Shown: positions 1 through 9,497 of the stretch, one piece after another
How positions within the stretch are numbered: the first letter of the stretch is position 1
Layout: every line of letters begins with the position of its first letter
Assembly: GCA_038255465.1 (NCBI GenBank)
Contig: JBBSLJ010000003.1
Span: 285-64,284, forward strand
Origin: Candidatus Saccharimonadales bacterium
Lineage (GTDB): Bacteria > Patescibacteriota > Saccharimonadia > Saccharimonadales > JACDFO01
Direction: 5' to 3'
DNA: 64,000 bases
Program-made: the position numbers and the translations under genes
Notes under the pieces: generated by a model
What the model was told of the DNA's origin: nothing
The model's database searches: none
The model's input: only the letters and a program-made list of their open reading frames with translations

Positions 1-726
1 CAGGTGAGTAATACGCACAGCAGAATCGGTAGTGTTGACAGATTGCCCGCCGTGTCCGCCAGAACGGTAGACGTCAATACGGAGGTCGCTCGGGCTAATT
101 TCAATATCAGTTTCTTCGGCTTCGGGCATGACAGCTACGGTAACGGTGCTGGTATGAATGCGGCCTTGGCTTTCGGTTACCGGAACCCGCTGAACACGGT
201 GGACACCAGCCTCATACTTGAGCGTGCGGTACGCGTCATCACCCTTAAGCTCAAAAATAATTTCTTTAAAACCGCCAGCCTCCGAGGGACTTTCGCTCAC
301 AAGCTCGGACTTGTATCCGTGCGCCTCTGCCCAGCGAATATACATACGGTAAAGTTCGCCGCCAAATAGGCTGGCCTCATCGCCACCAGCAGCGGCACGA
401 ATCTCAATAATTATATTTTTTTCATCGTTAGGGTCTTTGGGCGTCAGCGCTTCGGCAAGTGCAGCCTCATTAATGCTAAGCAACTCTTCGGATTTTGCTA
501 GCTCTTCTTTGGCTAGCTCCGCGAGTTCATCATTGCCTTGCGAAAGTTTTTTGTCTTCGGATACCTGTTTGATAAGTTTTGAGTGCTGGTCAAATAGTTC
601 TATAACCCGATTTAAATAAGGAAGCCGTTTTGTTGCCGCACGATCCATGTAGAAATTAGGATCGGCTGTAGCCCGCTCCTTAAGCTCTTTTAGTTCCATG
701 CGTAACGCTGATTCTTTCTGGTCCAT
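1..726 (-). CDS. prfA: peptide chain release factor 1, N-terminal 242 codons (3' end runs off the window)
   Basis: Absent from the ORF track because it is open at the window edge. The reverse complement of 1-60 reads [20 protein letters not shown] (GGQ motif) and is in frame with the ATG at 726-724 ([22 protein letters not shown]). Confidence 0.9.
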   Translation of the reverse strand, partial: MDQKESALRMELKELKERATADPNFYMDRAATKRLPYLNRVIELFDQHSKLIKQVSEDKKLSQGNDELAELAKEELAKSEELLSINEAALAEALTPKDPNDEKNIIIEIRAAAGGDEASLFGGELYRMYIRWAEAHGYKSELVSESPSEAGGFKEIIFELKGDDAYRTLKYEAGVHRVQRVPVTESQGRIHTSTVTVAVMPEAEETDIEISPSDLRIDVYRSGGHGGQSVNTTDSAVRITHL

Positions 727-826
727 AGTTATAGGTTATAGGTTTTAGGTTATAGGCGCTAGTTAGATTTGCTAACTAATAAGGGTTAATTCTAAAACCT
801 ATAACCTAGTCCCTCAAACTTTTGAC

Positions 827-1174
827 CTATCTTTCGCGTTTAAGGGAACCGATTTTTTGGGTTTCATCAATTTTAGGCACTTTAATACGAGTTTTTGTAG
901 CTTTGGCTTTCATGCCTTCGGCGCGGTTTTTGGCTGCTTCCTGGCGGGCCTTGAATTTATCTACGCGACCTTCAATATCCAACAGTTTTTCCTGACCAGT
1001 AAAGAAGGGGTGCGAGCTGCTGCTGATGTGGACTTTAACTAAAGGGTATTTAACCCCATCAAGCGTAATTGTTTCTTCTGTTGCGACAGCTGAGCGGGTC
1101 AAAAACGTTGTGTTGTCATTGAGATCCTGGAATACCACAGGGCGGTAATTGCTTGGATGTAAATCTTTCTTCAT
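827..1174 (-). CDS. rpmE: 50S ribosomal protein L31 (type B-like, with Lys-rich C-terminal extension)
   Basis: MKKDLHPSNYRPVVFQD...HPFFTG is a typical L31 N-terminus and core. The gene lies directly upstream of prfA on the same strand. Confidence 0.85.
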   Translation of the reverse strand: MKKDLHPSNYRPVVFQDLNDNTTFLTRSAVATEETITLDGVKYPLVKVHISSSSHPFFTGQEKLLDIEGRVDKFKARQEAAKNRAEGMKAKATKTRIKVPKIDETQKIGSLKRER

Positions 1175-1275
1175 ATGTTTCCTATGGCTACATTAATTAT
1201 TCTAGGCTGGTTAGCAGCGAGCCACACTGCAGTCAGACTTTAACCGGCATATTATACATCTCAGTCATAGTATAG

Positions 1276-2844
1276 TCAACGGGGGTCGGCTGGTGGAGGA
1301 TTCTTTGACTTATCTGCGGCTTGTTTCTGCGCGGCTTCTTCGCGCATAGATTCAATGACTAGATCCTTTAGCGATTGACCGGCACGAGGGTCGGCATGTG
1401 GAGTAACTGGCCTTGAGTCGGTTGATGGTGTGACGCTTGGAAGACTTGGTGTAAAATACGCGTCGTCATATGCCACGGATGATCGTTTTTTCCTGATAAA
1501 CCATACCAGTCCGCCACAAATCAATCCTAACAGTAGCAAGACAAGCACAATGAGCCCCCACGAAACACCTTTTTTATCCGTTGCTATAGGTTCGCTATCA
1601 TTGCTTGCTGCTTGCTCAACAAGTTGTACGTCCGCTGCCACAATCCCAATGACAGGATCATTTAACGCTTCCGGCTGAACGCTATTTTGGAATATCTCTA
1701 CGTCGCGTTCATAGTCTTTGCCTTCATGGTTGAATGTCAATTTGTGAACACCTTCGGGCAATTGCTGTAGTTTAATTATGCCGTTCTCATCAGTTTTTCC
1801 CGAAAGCATGAGACTACCTATAGATGCTTCAATTCCAGCCACCGGACTATCCCCATTCAAAAAATACAAAACAACATCCAGGTTTAATGTCTTAAAGCTG
1901 GAAACTGGTGACGTACTAGATGTGCCGTCACTTTTAAGACGTACGATTTTATAATAATACGTCGTGTCGAGTTTCAGACTTTTTAACGTTATCGTGGTTG
2001 TATCCGGCGAAACAGCTTGAGTTTCTGATGTCTGATCCAATGTTTGATCAGTGGTGCCGTACATAATCTGCACTTTATCGGCATTGCCATTTGCGATTTG
2101 TAGCGATGTCACAAACGATCCGGCCGTGATAGTAGCATTGGTCTCGCTTGAAAGCGCTGGTACTACCGGTGTAGGTTGTGGAGCAGGACGGACTGTCGGA
2201 CGAGTAGTCGGTCTTGGAGCGGGAGCAGGTGCGGGCGTTGGGGCTGGTGCTGGTGTTGGAGCGGGAGCAGGTGCTGGTGTTGGCGTCGGTGTAGGGGTCG
2301 GCGTAGGCGTAGGAGTTGGCGCAGCTGGCAAGCAGTTATCTGGTATCCTATTGCCAATAAAATAATTGGGCCCGTTAACCGTCCTGAAGTTGTTAATGCT
2401 TAATGGTGCGTCAGCACCCGCGCCATAGTTATGCACCGTACCGCTTATGGTCGGTGATGAACCCTTGTAAACCCCACTAAACGTTGCCCTGAACCCGTAA
2501 ACATCAGAAGAGTTCCAGCCTCTAGCAACAAGGTCTTGATCAATCTCTGCTTCGCGGTATCCAGCCCGGTCGGTCGCTATTCTAACGAACTGACCAGTAC
2601 TAAGCCGCACCGTTACTTTTGGCTCAGCCCCTACTGGGGCCTGATCATCATGAGCCCAGCCATAAATTACCGTTGTGTTAGATTCCAGATAACAGTAGTC
2701 GGCATAGCCAGTAGGAGTAGAATTAGCAGCATAACCAGATTTAAGAAAAAGCACACCAGCAATACCGAATACAGCCAAAAACATCAAAATTAAAAAATAT
2801 TTTTGGGATTTTACGGTTTTTACGGGTGGCCTAAACTTTTTCAT
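1276..2844 (-). CDS. membrane-anchored surface protein with Pro-Thr/Pro-Ala linker, Fn3-like and CarboxypepD_reg-like domains
   Basis: It has an N-terminal signal/TM segment (YFLILMFLAVFGIAGVLF) and a ~57-aa PT/PA linker. An Fn3-like segment (TTYYYKIV) and a beta-sandwich segment (GKTDENGIIKLQQLPEGVHKL) follow, then a C-terminal TM (WGLIVLVLLLLGLICGGLVWF) plus RKKR. I prefer the ATG at 2844 (MKKFRPP) over the TTG at 2871 used by the track. Confidence 0.6.
   Translation of the reverse strand: MKKFRPPVKTVKSQKYFLILMFLAVFGIAGVLFLKSGYAANSTPTGYADYCYLESNTTVIYGWAHDDQAPVGAEPKVTVRLSTGQFVRIATDRAGYREAEIDQDLVARGWNSSDVYGFRATFSGVYKGSSPTISGTVHNYGAGADAPLSINNFRTVNGPNYFIGNRIPDNCLPAAPTPTPTPTPTPTPTPAPAPAPTPAPAPTPAPAPAPRPTTRPTVRPAPQPTPVVPALSSETNATITAGSFVTSLQIANGNADKVQIMYGTTDQTLDQTSETQAVSPDTTTITLKSLKLDTTYYYKIVRLKSDGTSSTSPVSSFKTLNLDVVLYFLNGDSPVAGIEASIGSLMLSGKTDENGIIKLQQLPEGVHKLTFNHEGKDYERDVEIFQNSVQPEALNDPVIGIVAADVQLVEQAASNDSEPIATDKKGVSWGLIVLVLLLLGLICGGLVWFIRKKRSSVAYDDAYFTPSLPSVTPSTDSRPVTPHADPRAGQSLKDLVIESMREEAAQKQAADKSKNPPPADPR
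2158..2328 (-). repeat. coding low-complexity tandem repeat (PT/PA dipeptide linker)
   Basis: It encodes AAPTPTPTPTPTPTPTPAPAPAPTPAPAPTPAPAPAPRPTTRPTVRPAPQPTP. The + strand shows GGTG/GGAG-type short periodic repeats. Confidence 0.8.
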
Positions 2845-2945
2845 GATTACTCTTAGTATATAAGTATACAAGAAAACGTGTCAGACTGGCGAGCCCAGTC
2901 ATAAAGCCATATGAACACCAACTGTTTTTTAGCTCGTGGCGCTGT

Positions 2946-2974
2946 TTGCAACTTTGGACACTATCTGTTATATT
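2946..2974 (+). promoter_or_regulatory. sigma70-type promoter upstream of rpsB
   Basis: TTGCAA (2946-2951), a 17-nt spacer, then TATATT (2969-2974). It lies ~105 nt upstream of the rpsB ATG. Confidence 0.5.
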
Positions 2975-3081
2975 GCACTCACAACAACTAAGCAGTTTGG
3001 GATGTAATCCTCCTGAGTTCAACCCGTGCAGGGCAACTGAGGCACCCAGATGAAGGTAAAGGATTAAGAAAGGTTTTATAC

Positions 3082-3867
3082 ATGGCTACTTCTGTAGATA
3101 TTAAGCAATTATTGGAGGCGGGTGCGCACTTTGGTCATAAGACCAGTCGTTGGCACCCAAAAATGGCACAGTACATTCATTCAAAGCGTGCCGGCAATCA
3201 CATTATTGACCTGACTAAGACGGTTGACGGTCTTGAAAAGGCGTTGAATTTTTTGGAAGACACGGCAGCTGAAGGCAAGCAAGTATTGCTTGTGAGTACT
3301 AAGCGTCAGGCGCAGGATATTATGAATAAACTGGCAGAAGAGACGAACATGCCATTTGTTACCGAGCGCTGGCTCGGCGGTATGCTGACAAATCGTAACA
3401 CTATGGATGCTCGTGTTAAGCACCTCAAAGATCTTGAAACTAAGATGGAAACCGGTCAGCTTGCTAGCAAATATTCAAAGCTTGAAGTGCAGCGCTTCCA
3501 AGAAGAAATTGATGAGATGAATCATATGTATGGTGGCGTCAAGAATATGGCTGCCAAAGTTGGCGCTGTGTTTGTGATTGATGTTACACATGACGTAAAC
3601 GCCGTACGCGAAGCTCGCAAACTTAATATCCCAGTTGTCGCACTCGTGGATACCAACTCAGACCCGACTCTAATCAACTACCCAATTCCATGCAACGACG
3701 ACGCAATTAAAACAATTAAGCTGATTGCCGAATACGTAAAATCTGCAATCGACACGGGCAAGGCTCAACACGCTAAAAAAGCCGAGAAGCTTGCACCGGC
3801 GCCTGAAAAAGTTGAAAAAGAAGAAAAAGTAGAGAAAAAAAGTGAAGGAGTAAAAACGAATGGCTGA
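3082..3867 (+). CDS. rpsB: 30S ribosomal protein S2
   Basis: LLEAGAHFGHKTSRWHPKM is a canonical S2 N-terminus. The protein has a Lys/Glu-rich C-terminal tail. Confidence 0.95.
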   Translation: MATSVDIKQLLEAGAHFGHKTSRWHPKMAQYIHSKRAGNHIIDLTKTVDGLEKALNFLEDTAAEGKQVLLVSTKRQAQDIMNKLAEETNMPFVTERWLGGMLTNRNTMDARVKHLKDLETKMETGQLASKYSKLEVQRFQEEIDEMNHMYGGVKNMAAKVGAVFVIDVTHDVNAVREARKLNIPVVALVDTNSDPTLINYPIPCNDDAIKTIKLIAEYVKSAIDTGKAQHAKKAEKLAPAPEKVEKEEKVEKKSEGVKTNG

Positions 3868-4462
3868 TATTAGCATTGACGAGATAAAGAGGTTGCGTAG
3901 CCTTACGGGCGTCGGTATTACCGACGCTAAAGCTGCGCTTGTTGAAGCGGAAGGGGATTTTGATACAGCCCTGGCAGCAATGCGAAAAAAAGGTCTTACC
4001 AAGGCTGAAAAGCGCGGCGAACGCGAAGCCCGCGCCGGAATTGTCGGAACCTATAATCACGATAGCCGGATCGGCGTACTAGTAGAGGTCAATTGTGAAA
4101 CTGATTTTGTTGCTCGTAATGAACTGTTTACCGATCTCGTACGCGACCTTGCAATGCATATTGCAGCCAGTGCACCAGAGTTTGTTTCTAAAGAATCCGT
4201 ACCATCTGACGTCCATGATGCCAAAATGACAGAGTTTAAGGACAAAGCCAAAGCAGAAGGCAAGCCGGAAAACATGCTTGAACAAATCGCTGCTGGCATG
4301 GTTCACAAATATTTTGCAGAGCGCGTACTGCTTGAACAGCCTTTTGTAAAAAACCCCGACCTAACAGTTGGCGACTACATCAAGGAAAGCATCGCCAAGC
4401 TCGGCGAAAACATAATAGTCCGCCGCTTCAGCCGTATAGCTTTAGGCGAAGTTACGGAGTAG
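3860..4462 (+). CDS. tsf: translation elongation factor Ts (short form)
   Basis: IKRLRSLTGVGITDAKAALVEAEGDFDTALAAMRKKG is a UBA-like N-terminus typical of EF-Ts. The gene follows rpsB with an 8-nt overlap. Confidence 0.9.
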   Translation: MADISIDEIKRLRSLTGVGITDAKAALVEAEGDFDTALAAMRKKGLTKAEKRGEREARAGIVGTYNHDSRIGVLVEVNCETDFVARNELFTDLVRDLAMHIAASAPEFVSKESVPSDVHDAKMTEFKDKAKAEGKPENMLEQIAAGMVHKYFAERVLLEQPFVKNPDLTVGDYIKESIAKLGENIIVRRFSRIALGEVTE

Positions 4463-4474
4463 AATACTTACTAT

Positions 4475-5038
4475 ATGAGCCCTAACCAACTTGTTGATCA
4501 AGCAAAAAGTAAGTTTAAGCTAGCCGTAGAGCATTTCCGGGAAGAGCTTAAAAAAGTTCGGACCGGACGGGCGCATCCAAGCATGCTTGATGGGCTAATG
4601 GTTGAAGCCTATGGCGTGCAAATGCCGCTGATTCAGCTTGGACAAGTCACCGCCCCGGAAGGGCAGCTCTTACAGATCACTCCATTTGATCCAGGCAGCT
4701 TACAGGCAATTGCAACCGCAATTCGAAACAATCCGAACCTTGGAATGAACCCAATGGACGACGGCAAGGTCGTACGTGTACCGATTCCAGCATTGAATGA
4801 AGAGCGCCGCCGAGAATACGTAAAAGTCGTCAATGGCAAAGTCGAAGACACCATGATCTCCATGCGCAACATCCGCCATGAGGCAATGGATGCAATCGAA
4901 AAAGCCAAGAAAGACAAAGAAATCGGTGAAGATGACGCCAAGCGGCTTAAACAACAGATTGAAGAGGCTATAAACCACGCCAAAGCCGAAGCCGAATCCG
5001 CCGCAAAAACCAAAGAACAAGAAATAATGACGGTCTAA
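4475..5038 (+). CDS. frr: ribosome recycling factor
   Basis: The 187-aa protein contains FREELKKVRTGRAHPSMLD...RVPIPALNEERRREYVK, an RRF signature. Confidence 0.9.
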   Translation: MSPNQLVDQAKSKFKLAVEHFREELKKVRTGRAHPSMLDGLMVEAYGVQMPLIQLGQVTAPEGQLLQITPFDPGSLQAIATAIRNNPNLGMNPMDDGKVVRVPIPALNEERRREYVKVVNGKVEDTMISMRNIRHEAMDAIEKAKKDKEIGEDDAKRLKQQIEEAINHAKAEAESAAKTKEQEIMTV

Positions 5039-5076
5039 TTCTTATATCCGCAACTGCTACGGTATAATAAATCCAC

Positions 5077-5778
5077 ATGACTTTAAGTGAGACACAAACG
5101 CTGCCGACACATGTAGGGATAATTCTTGATGGTAACCGACGTTGGGCTAAAGAAAATGGCTTGGCGCCCCTCAAGGGTCACCGTCAGGGAATGGATGTCT
5201 TAAGAGATGTCAGTTTTTATGCATTTGAACGTGGCGTGCAGTACTTGTCGGCTTTTATTTTTTCGACTGAGAACTGGCGCCGTACCGACGAGGAAGTAAA
5301 TTACTTGATGGGCCTTACGGTCAAAGCAGTAGAAAAATATCTTGATGAATACCACCAGCGCGGAATTAAACTCGTAGCCCTGGGCCGTCGCAAGGGCGTT
5401 AGTCAAAAAGTTCTAGACGCAATTACACGTGCCGAGGAAAAGACCAGTGGCAATACGCAGGGAACACTAGCGCTCTGTTTTAATTACGGTGGCAAAGAAG
5501 AACTGGTTGACGCCGTAAAGCAGATGGTGGCTTCTGGCATCACGCCCCTCGAAATTACAACTGATGTAGTTGCTGGTGCATTGTATTACCCAGGAATCCC
5601 AGACGTGGACCTGATTATTCGCACCAGTGGCGAACAACGCACCAGTGGTTTTATGCTCTACCGTTCTGATTATGCCGAACTCTACTTTGTAAAAAAGCAC
5701 TGGCCGGCCTTTACGATTGATGATTTTAACGATGCGCTGATTGAATTTGATAAACGCAAAAGGAGATACGGTAAGTAA
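5077..5778 (+). CDS. uppS: undecaprenyl (isoprenyl) diphosphate synthase
   Basis: HVGIILDGNRRWA and RTSGEQRTSGFMLYRSDYAELYF are cis-prenyltransferase motifs. Confidence 0.9.
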   Translation: MTLSETQTLPTHVGIILDGNRRWAKENGLAPLKGHRQGMDVLRDVSFYAFERGVQYLSAFIFSTENWRRTDEEVNYLMGLTVKAVEKYLDEYHQRGIKLVALGRRKGVSQKVLDAITRAEEKTSGNTQGTLALCFNYGGKEELVDAVKQMVASGITPLEITTDVVAGALYYPGIPDVDLIIRTSGEQRTSGFMLYRSDYAELYFVKKHWPAFTIDDFNDALIEFDKRKRRYGK

Positions 5779-6902
5779 TGAGTATCCCGCTAATTGTTCT
5801 CGGATTTATTTTATTTATTGGTCTTGTGGTTCTGCATGAATTAGGGCACTTCCTGATAGCTCGCCGCAATAACGTTGAGGTTGAAGAATTTGGCCTAGGA
5901 TTTCCGCCCCGAGCGAAGGTGCTGGGCAAAAAGAACGGCACCGTGTATACCCTTAACTGGCTGCCACTTGGCGGTTTTGTAAAGCTAAAAGGCGAACATG
6001 ACATGGATACCGAGCCGGGCACATTTGGCGCGGCTAGTCTCTGGGCCAAGGTTAAAATCATGATGGCAGGCGTAGTTGTAAACGCGCTGACGGCATTTTT
6101 TATGCTAACTATTCTAGCCGCTATCGGCATGCCACAGATTATCGAGAATCAGTTTACCGTTGAGCGTGATACCAAGGTTGTCAGGCGTGATGTGTTGACC
6201 GCATACATCGAGCCAGGCTCGCCGGCACAAGCAGCCGGGCTGAGCGATCAGGATCAGCTAGTGGCCATCGGCAAACCGGGTAACATTACGACCATATCAA
6301 GTGCTGATCAACTACCCGACATTACTAAAAAATATGCCGGCCAAGATATTCAGTTAGTGTTTCAATCCGGTAGCGAACGCCGTGAAGCAATCACAAAACT
6401 TAGGACAACAGAAGAAGTTGAAGCCAGTAAAAATACAGACGACCCGAAGGGCTACTTAGGTATCGTACCTGCAGAATATGTTGTCAAGCGATCCACTTGG
6501 TCGTCGCCACTAGTTGCAGTCGGCTTCATGAAACAGATTACACAAGAGACATTTAAGGGCATTGGTAACGCGCTGGCCGGACTGTTCCAAGGCGACACCG
6601 AAAAAGCTTCAAGCAAGGTTGCCGGTATCGTAGGCATCGGATACGTCATAGGCAAGGGAAGTGCGCTAGGTTTGCAGTTTATCTTGCTGATAATCGCTGT
6701 TATATCACTCACATTGGCAATTATGAATGCGTTGCCGATTCCGGCGCTCGACGGGGGCCGGCTGTTTGTAACGCTACTGTTTCGGGCGATTAAAAAACCG
6801 CTAACTGAACGCAAAGAAGAACTGATACATGGTAGCGGCTTTGTGGTGCTGATGCTGCTATTCCTGGTTATAACCTGGGTTGATATCAACCGAATTACCT
6901 GA
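5778..6902 (+). CDS. rseP: RIP site-2 metalloprotease (M50, RseP-like) with PDZ domain
   Basis: It carries HELGHFLIARR (HExxH) and NALPIPALDGG (NxxPxxxLDG), with several TM segments. Its start overlaps the uppS stop. Confidence 0.85.
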   Translation: MSIPLIVLGFILFIGLVVLHELGHFLIARRNNVEVEEFGLGFPPRAKVLGKKNGTVYTLNWLPLGGFVKLKGEHDMDTEPGTFGAASLWAKVKIMMAGVVVNALTAFFMLTILAAIGMPQIIENQFTVERDTKVVRRDVLTAYIEPGSPAQAAGLSDQDQLVAIGKPGNITTISSADQLPDITKKYAGQDIQLVFQSGSERREAITKLRTTEEVEASKNTDDPKGYLGIVPAEYVVKRSTWSSPLVAVGFMKQITQETFKGIGNALAGLFQGDTEKASSKVAGIVGIGYVIGKGSALGLQFILLIIAVISLTLAIMNALPIPALDGGRLFVTLLFRAIKKPLTERKEELIHGSGFVVLMLLFLVITWVDINRIT

Positions 6903-6903
6903 C

Positions 6904-7671
6904 ATGGATAGTGCCGTAGCGAAACGTCCGCGGATTACATGGGGACCTGTTAGCGCCATTATAGGTTCACTGTTGCTGTTTTTTGGTAGCCAACTTGTGG
7001 TTGGCATTATCATTTCTTCCGTACTGGCTTTGATGGGTTGGAGCGATGCCCAAATCGAAACGTGGTTTCAAGACGGTGGCAACGTAGCGGTTTTTATAAT
7101 TAGCCTTTCGGTAGCTGCGGTCGAGCTGGGAGCGCTATTTGTGTACCTAGCCAGTAAGCGCGCGCACCCTCGGGATATCGGCCTTGTGAGGCCAAAAGTA
7201 AGGGATCTTGGTTATCTGCTTCAGGGAACTGGTCTGTATGTAGTGGCTTACATCGTTATAGTAGGGCTAGCTGCTAATCTGCTGCCTAAGCTCGATACCG
7301 AGCAAACTCAGGACCTTGGTTTTACTGCCACAGCAACTAACAACGAGTTAATTCTTATATTTATCAGTCTGGTGGTTTTGCCACCACTTATTGAGGAAAT
7401 TATTGTGCGTGGCTTTTTGTTCAGCGGTTTGCGAAGCAAGCTTAGTTTTTGGGTTGCAGCAGTAATTTCAAGCGGGCTATTTGGTCTGGCGCATTTGCTG
7501 GGGGGAGAAAACGGTTCGGCCATATGGATAGCCACTATTGATACGTTTATTCTTGGCATGGCACTAGCCTATCTGCGTGAAAAGACGGGCAGCTTATGGG
7601 CTCCAATCGGCCTCCATGCCTTAAAAAACTTCGTAGCCTTTATGGCTCTGTTTGTGTTCAAGGTGACATGA
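6904..7671 (+). CDS. CPBP family intramembrane glutamic endopeptidase (CAAX protease-like)
   Basis: EEIIVRGFLF and FGLAHL motifs in a polytopic membrane protein. I prefer the ATG at 6904, 1 nt after the rseP stop, over the track's TTG at 6880. Confidence 0.75.
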   Translation: MDSAVAKRPRITWGPVSAIIGSLLLFFGSQLVVGIIISSVLALMGWSDAQIETWFQDGGNVAVFIISLSVAAVELGALFVYLASKRAHPRDIGLVRPKVRDLGYLLQGTGLYVVAYIVIVGLAANLLPKLDTEQTQDLGFTATATNNELILIFISLVVLPPLIEEIIVRGFLFSGLRSKLSFWVAAVISSGLFGLAHLLGGENGSAIWIATIDTFILGMALAYLREKTGSLWAPIGLHALKNFVAFMALFVFKVT

Positions 7672-7685
7672 GTTACTATTAACAG

Positions 7686-8939
7686 ATGAGATTATCGCAA
7701 TTATATACTCGAACGCGTAAAGACGCGCCAGCAGACGAGCAAGCCAAAAACGCTCAACTTCTAATAAAAGCCGGGTTTGTCCATAAGGAAATGGCCGGAG
7801 TTTATGTGTTTTTGCCACTCGGGCTGAAAGTACTGGAAAACATTAAACAGATTGTCAGAGAAGAGATGAATGCCATCGGTGGTCAAGAAGTTCAGATGAC
7901 CGTATTGCAGCCAAAAGAAATATTTGAAAAAACCGATAGGTGGGATGACCGAAAAGTCGATAACTGGTTTAAGACGAAGCTCACTAATGGCACAGAACTG
8001 GGTATGGGGCTAACCCATGAGGAACCTTTTGTCGACATGTTGGCAGATTACATTAACTCATATAAAGACCTTCCGATATTGACGTATCAAATTCAAGCCA
8101 AGTTTAGAAACGAGCTTAGGGCGCAGGCAGGACTATTGCGTGGCCGTGAATTTGTCATGAAAGATATGTATAGCTTTGCTCGCACGCAGAAAGAGCACGA
8201 AGAAATCTACGAAAAGGTAGCAGAAGCGTACGTCAGGGTTTACGAGCGTCTCGGAATCGGTGACATTACCTATCGAACTTATGCTGACGGCGGTATCTTT
8301 ACAGCAAAATTCAGTGACGAATTTCAGATGCTAAGTGAGATCGGTGAAGACACGATCTTTGTTGATACGGAACGCAAGATAGCCGTGAATCAGGAAGTAA
8401 TAGATGACGAACGCCTGGCACACACGGATGTTGATAAAACTAAACTTAAAGAATTTAAAGCTATAGAGGTTGGCAATATTTTTCCGCTTGAGAGCAAATA
8501 TACAGATGCGCTCAACGTTTTTTATACCGATCAAGACGGTGCTCAGCAGAAGATTATCGCTGGATGTTACGGTATTGGCGTTAGTAGGCTGGTAGGTGCT
8601 TTAGCAGAGCATTTTAGTGATGAAAAAGGATTAGTATGGCCCGAGGCTGTTGCCCCGGCCAAGGTTTACCTTGCGAGGCTGTCTGACGCAGCGGATGTAG
8701 TGTCGGTATCAGATGAATTATACAAACGCTTGACTGAATCAGGAGTTGGCGTACTATATGATGACCGCGACACGCGCGCGGGGGAGAAGTTCGCCGATGC
8801 CGACCTGATGGGAATTCCGTACAGGGTTGTCATCAGCCAGAAAACGGTGGGGGCTGGCAAGCACGAACTTAAAAAACGAACTAGCGACGAAGTATTTTTA
8901 CTCAACGAGGAAGAAATTCTGAAAACACTAACGGCCTGA
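7686..8939 (+). CDS. proS: prolyl-tRNA synthetase, bacterial-type N-terminus but only 417 aa (no INS editing domain)
   Basis: MRLSQLYTRTRKDAPADEQAKNAQLLIKAGFVHKEMAGVY is a ProRS N-terminus, with a class II core and a C-terminal anticodon-binding domain. The length is ~150 aa short of typical bacterial ProRS. Confidence 0.8.
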   Translation: MRLSQLYTRTRKDAPADEQAKNAQLLIKAGFVHKEMAGVYVFLPLGLKVLENIKQIVREEMNAIGGQEVQMTVLQPKEIFEKTDRWDDRKVDNWFKTKLTNGTELGMGLTHEEPFVDMLADYINSYKDLPILTYQIQAKFRNELRAQAGLLRGREFVMKDMYSFARTQKEHEEIYEKVAEAYVRVYERLGIGDITYRTYADGGIFTAKFSDEFQMLSEIGEDTIFVDTERKIAVNQEVIDDERLAHTDVDKTKLKEFKAIEVGNIFPLESKYTDALNVFYTDQDGAQQKIIAGCYGIGVSRLVGALAEHFSDEKGLVWPEAVAPAKVYLARLSDAADVVSVSDELYKRLTESGVGVLYDDRDTRAGEKFADADLMGIPYRVVISQKTVGAGKHELKKRTSDEVFLLNEEEILKTLTA

Positions 8940-9008
8940 GTAAAAAACTTGTTATACTAGTAATATACCCGAGAGACCAAAACTTATCCCTGAAAGGAGT
9001 TATTTTTT

Positions 9009-9452
9009 ATGAAGAAACTATTTTACCTTACAAAAGAAGGCGTTGTAGAGCTGAAGGAAGAGCTTGAAACGTTAACCGCGCAGCGCGGAGGTATCGCTGA
9101 GCGCATTAAGACAGCCCGCGAGTTCGGCGACCTGAGTGAAAATGCCGAGTATTCGTCTGCGCGGCAAGAACAGGAGCGAGTTGAGGGCCGTATTTCAGAT
9201 ATTGAAAATATTTTGCTTAATGTCGAAATTATCAAGAAGACCAATGGCTCTAAAAAAGTTCAGCTTGGCTCATCAGTAACTATTAAAAACCATGAGACTA
9301 AAACCTTCCAAGTAGTAGGAACGGTTGAAGCCGATCCCTTAAATGGCAAAATTTCGGATGAATCACCAATCGGCCAGGCCCTGATGGGCAAGGTCGAAGG
9401 CGACCAAGTTGAGATTGGTACGCATACGTACAAAATTGCGGCAATCGCTTAA
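9009..9452 (+). CDS. greA: transcription elongation factor GreA
   Basis: LTKEGVVELKEELETL...AREFGDLSENAEYSSARQEQ is a GreA coiled-coil signature. AGGAG lies upstream. Confidence 0.9.
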   Translation: MKKLFYLTKEGVVELKEELETLTAQRGGIAERIKTAREFGDLSENAEYSSARQEQERVEGRISDIENILLNVEIIKKTNGSKKVQLGSSVTIKNHETKTFQVVGTVEADPLNGKISDESPIGQALMGKVEGDQVEIGTHTYKIAAIA

Positions 9453-9497
9453 CTAGGGCTTTGCACTTTAGCATTTAGGCTTTAAGCTTATAGAGAC

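Noticed and set aside
4-369. 121-aa + strand ORF at the window start
   Set aside because: It lies antisense to a clear prfA reading frame (GGQ motif, in frame with the ATG at 726). It is a shadow ORF.
2051-2403. + strand ORFs encoding GAGV and R/W/C repeats
   Set aside because: They are mirror-image readings of the PT/PA linker repeat of the minus-strand surface protein.
5726-6889. Minus-strand ORFs 5726-6130 and 6452-6889
   Set aside because: They are antisense to rseP, which carries the HExxH and LDG motifs. They are shadow ORFs.
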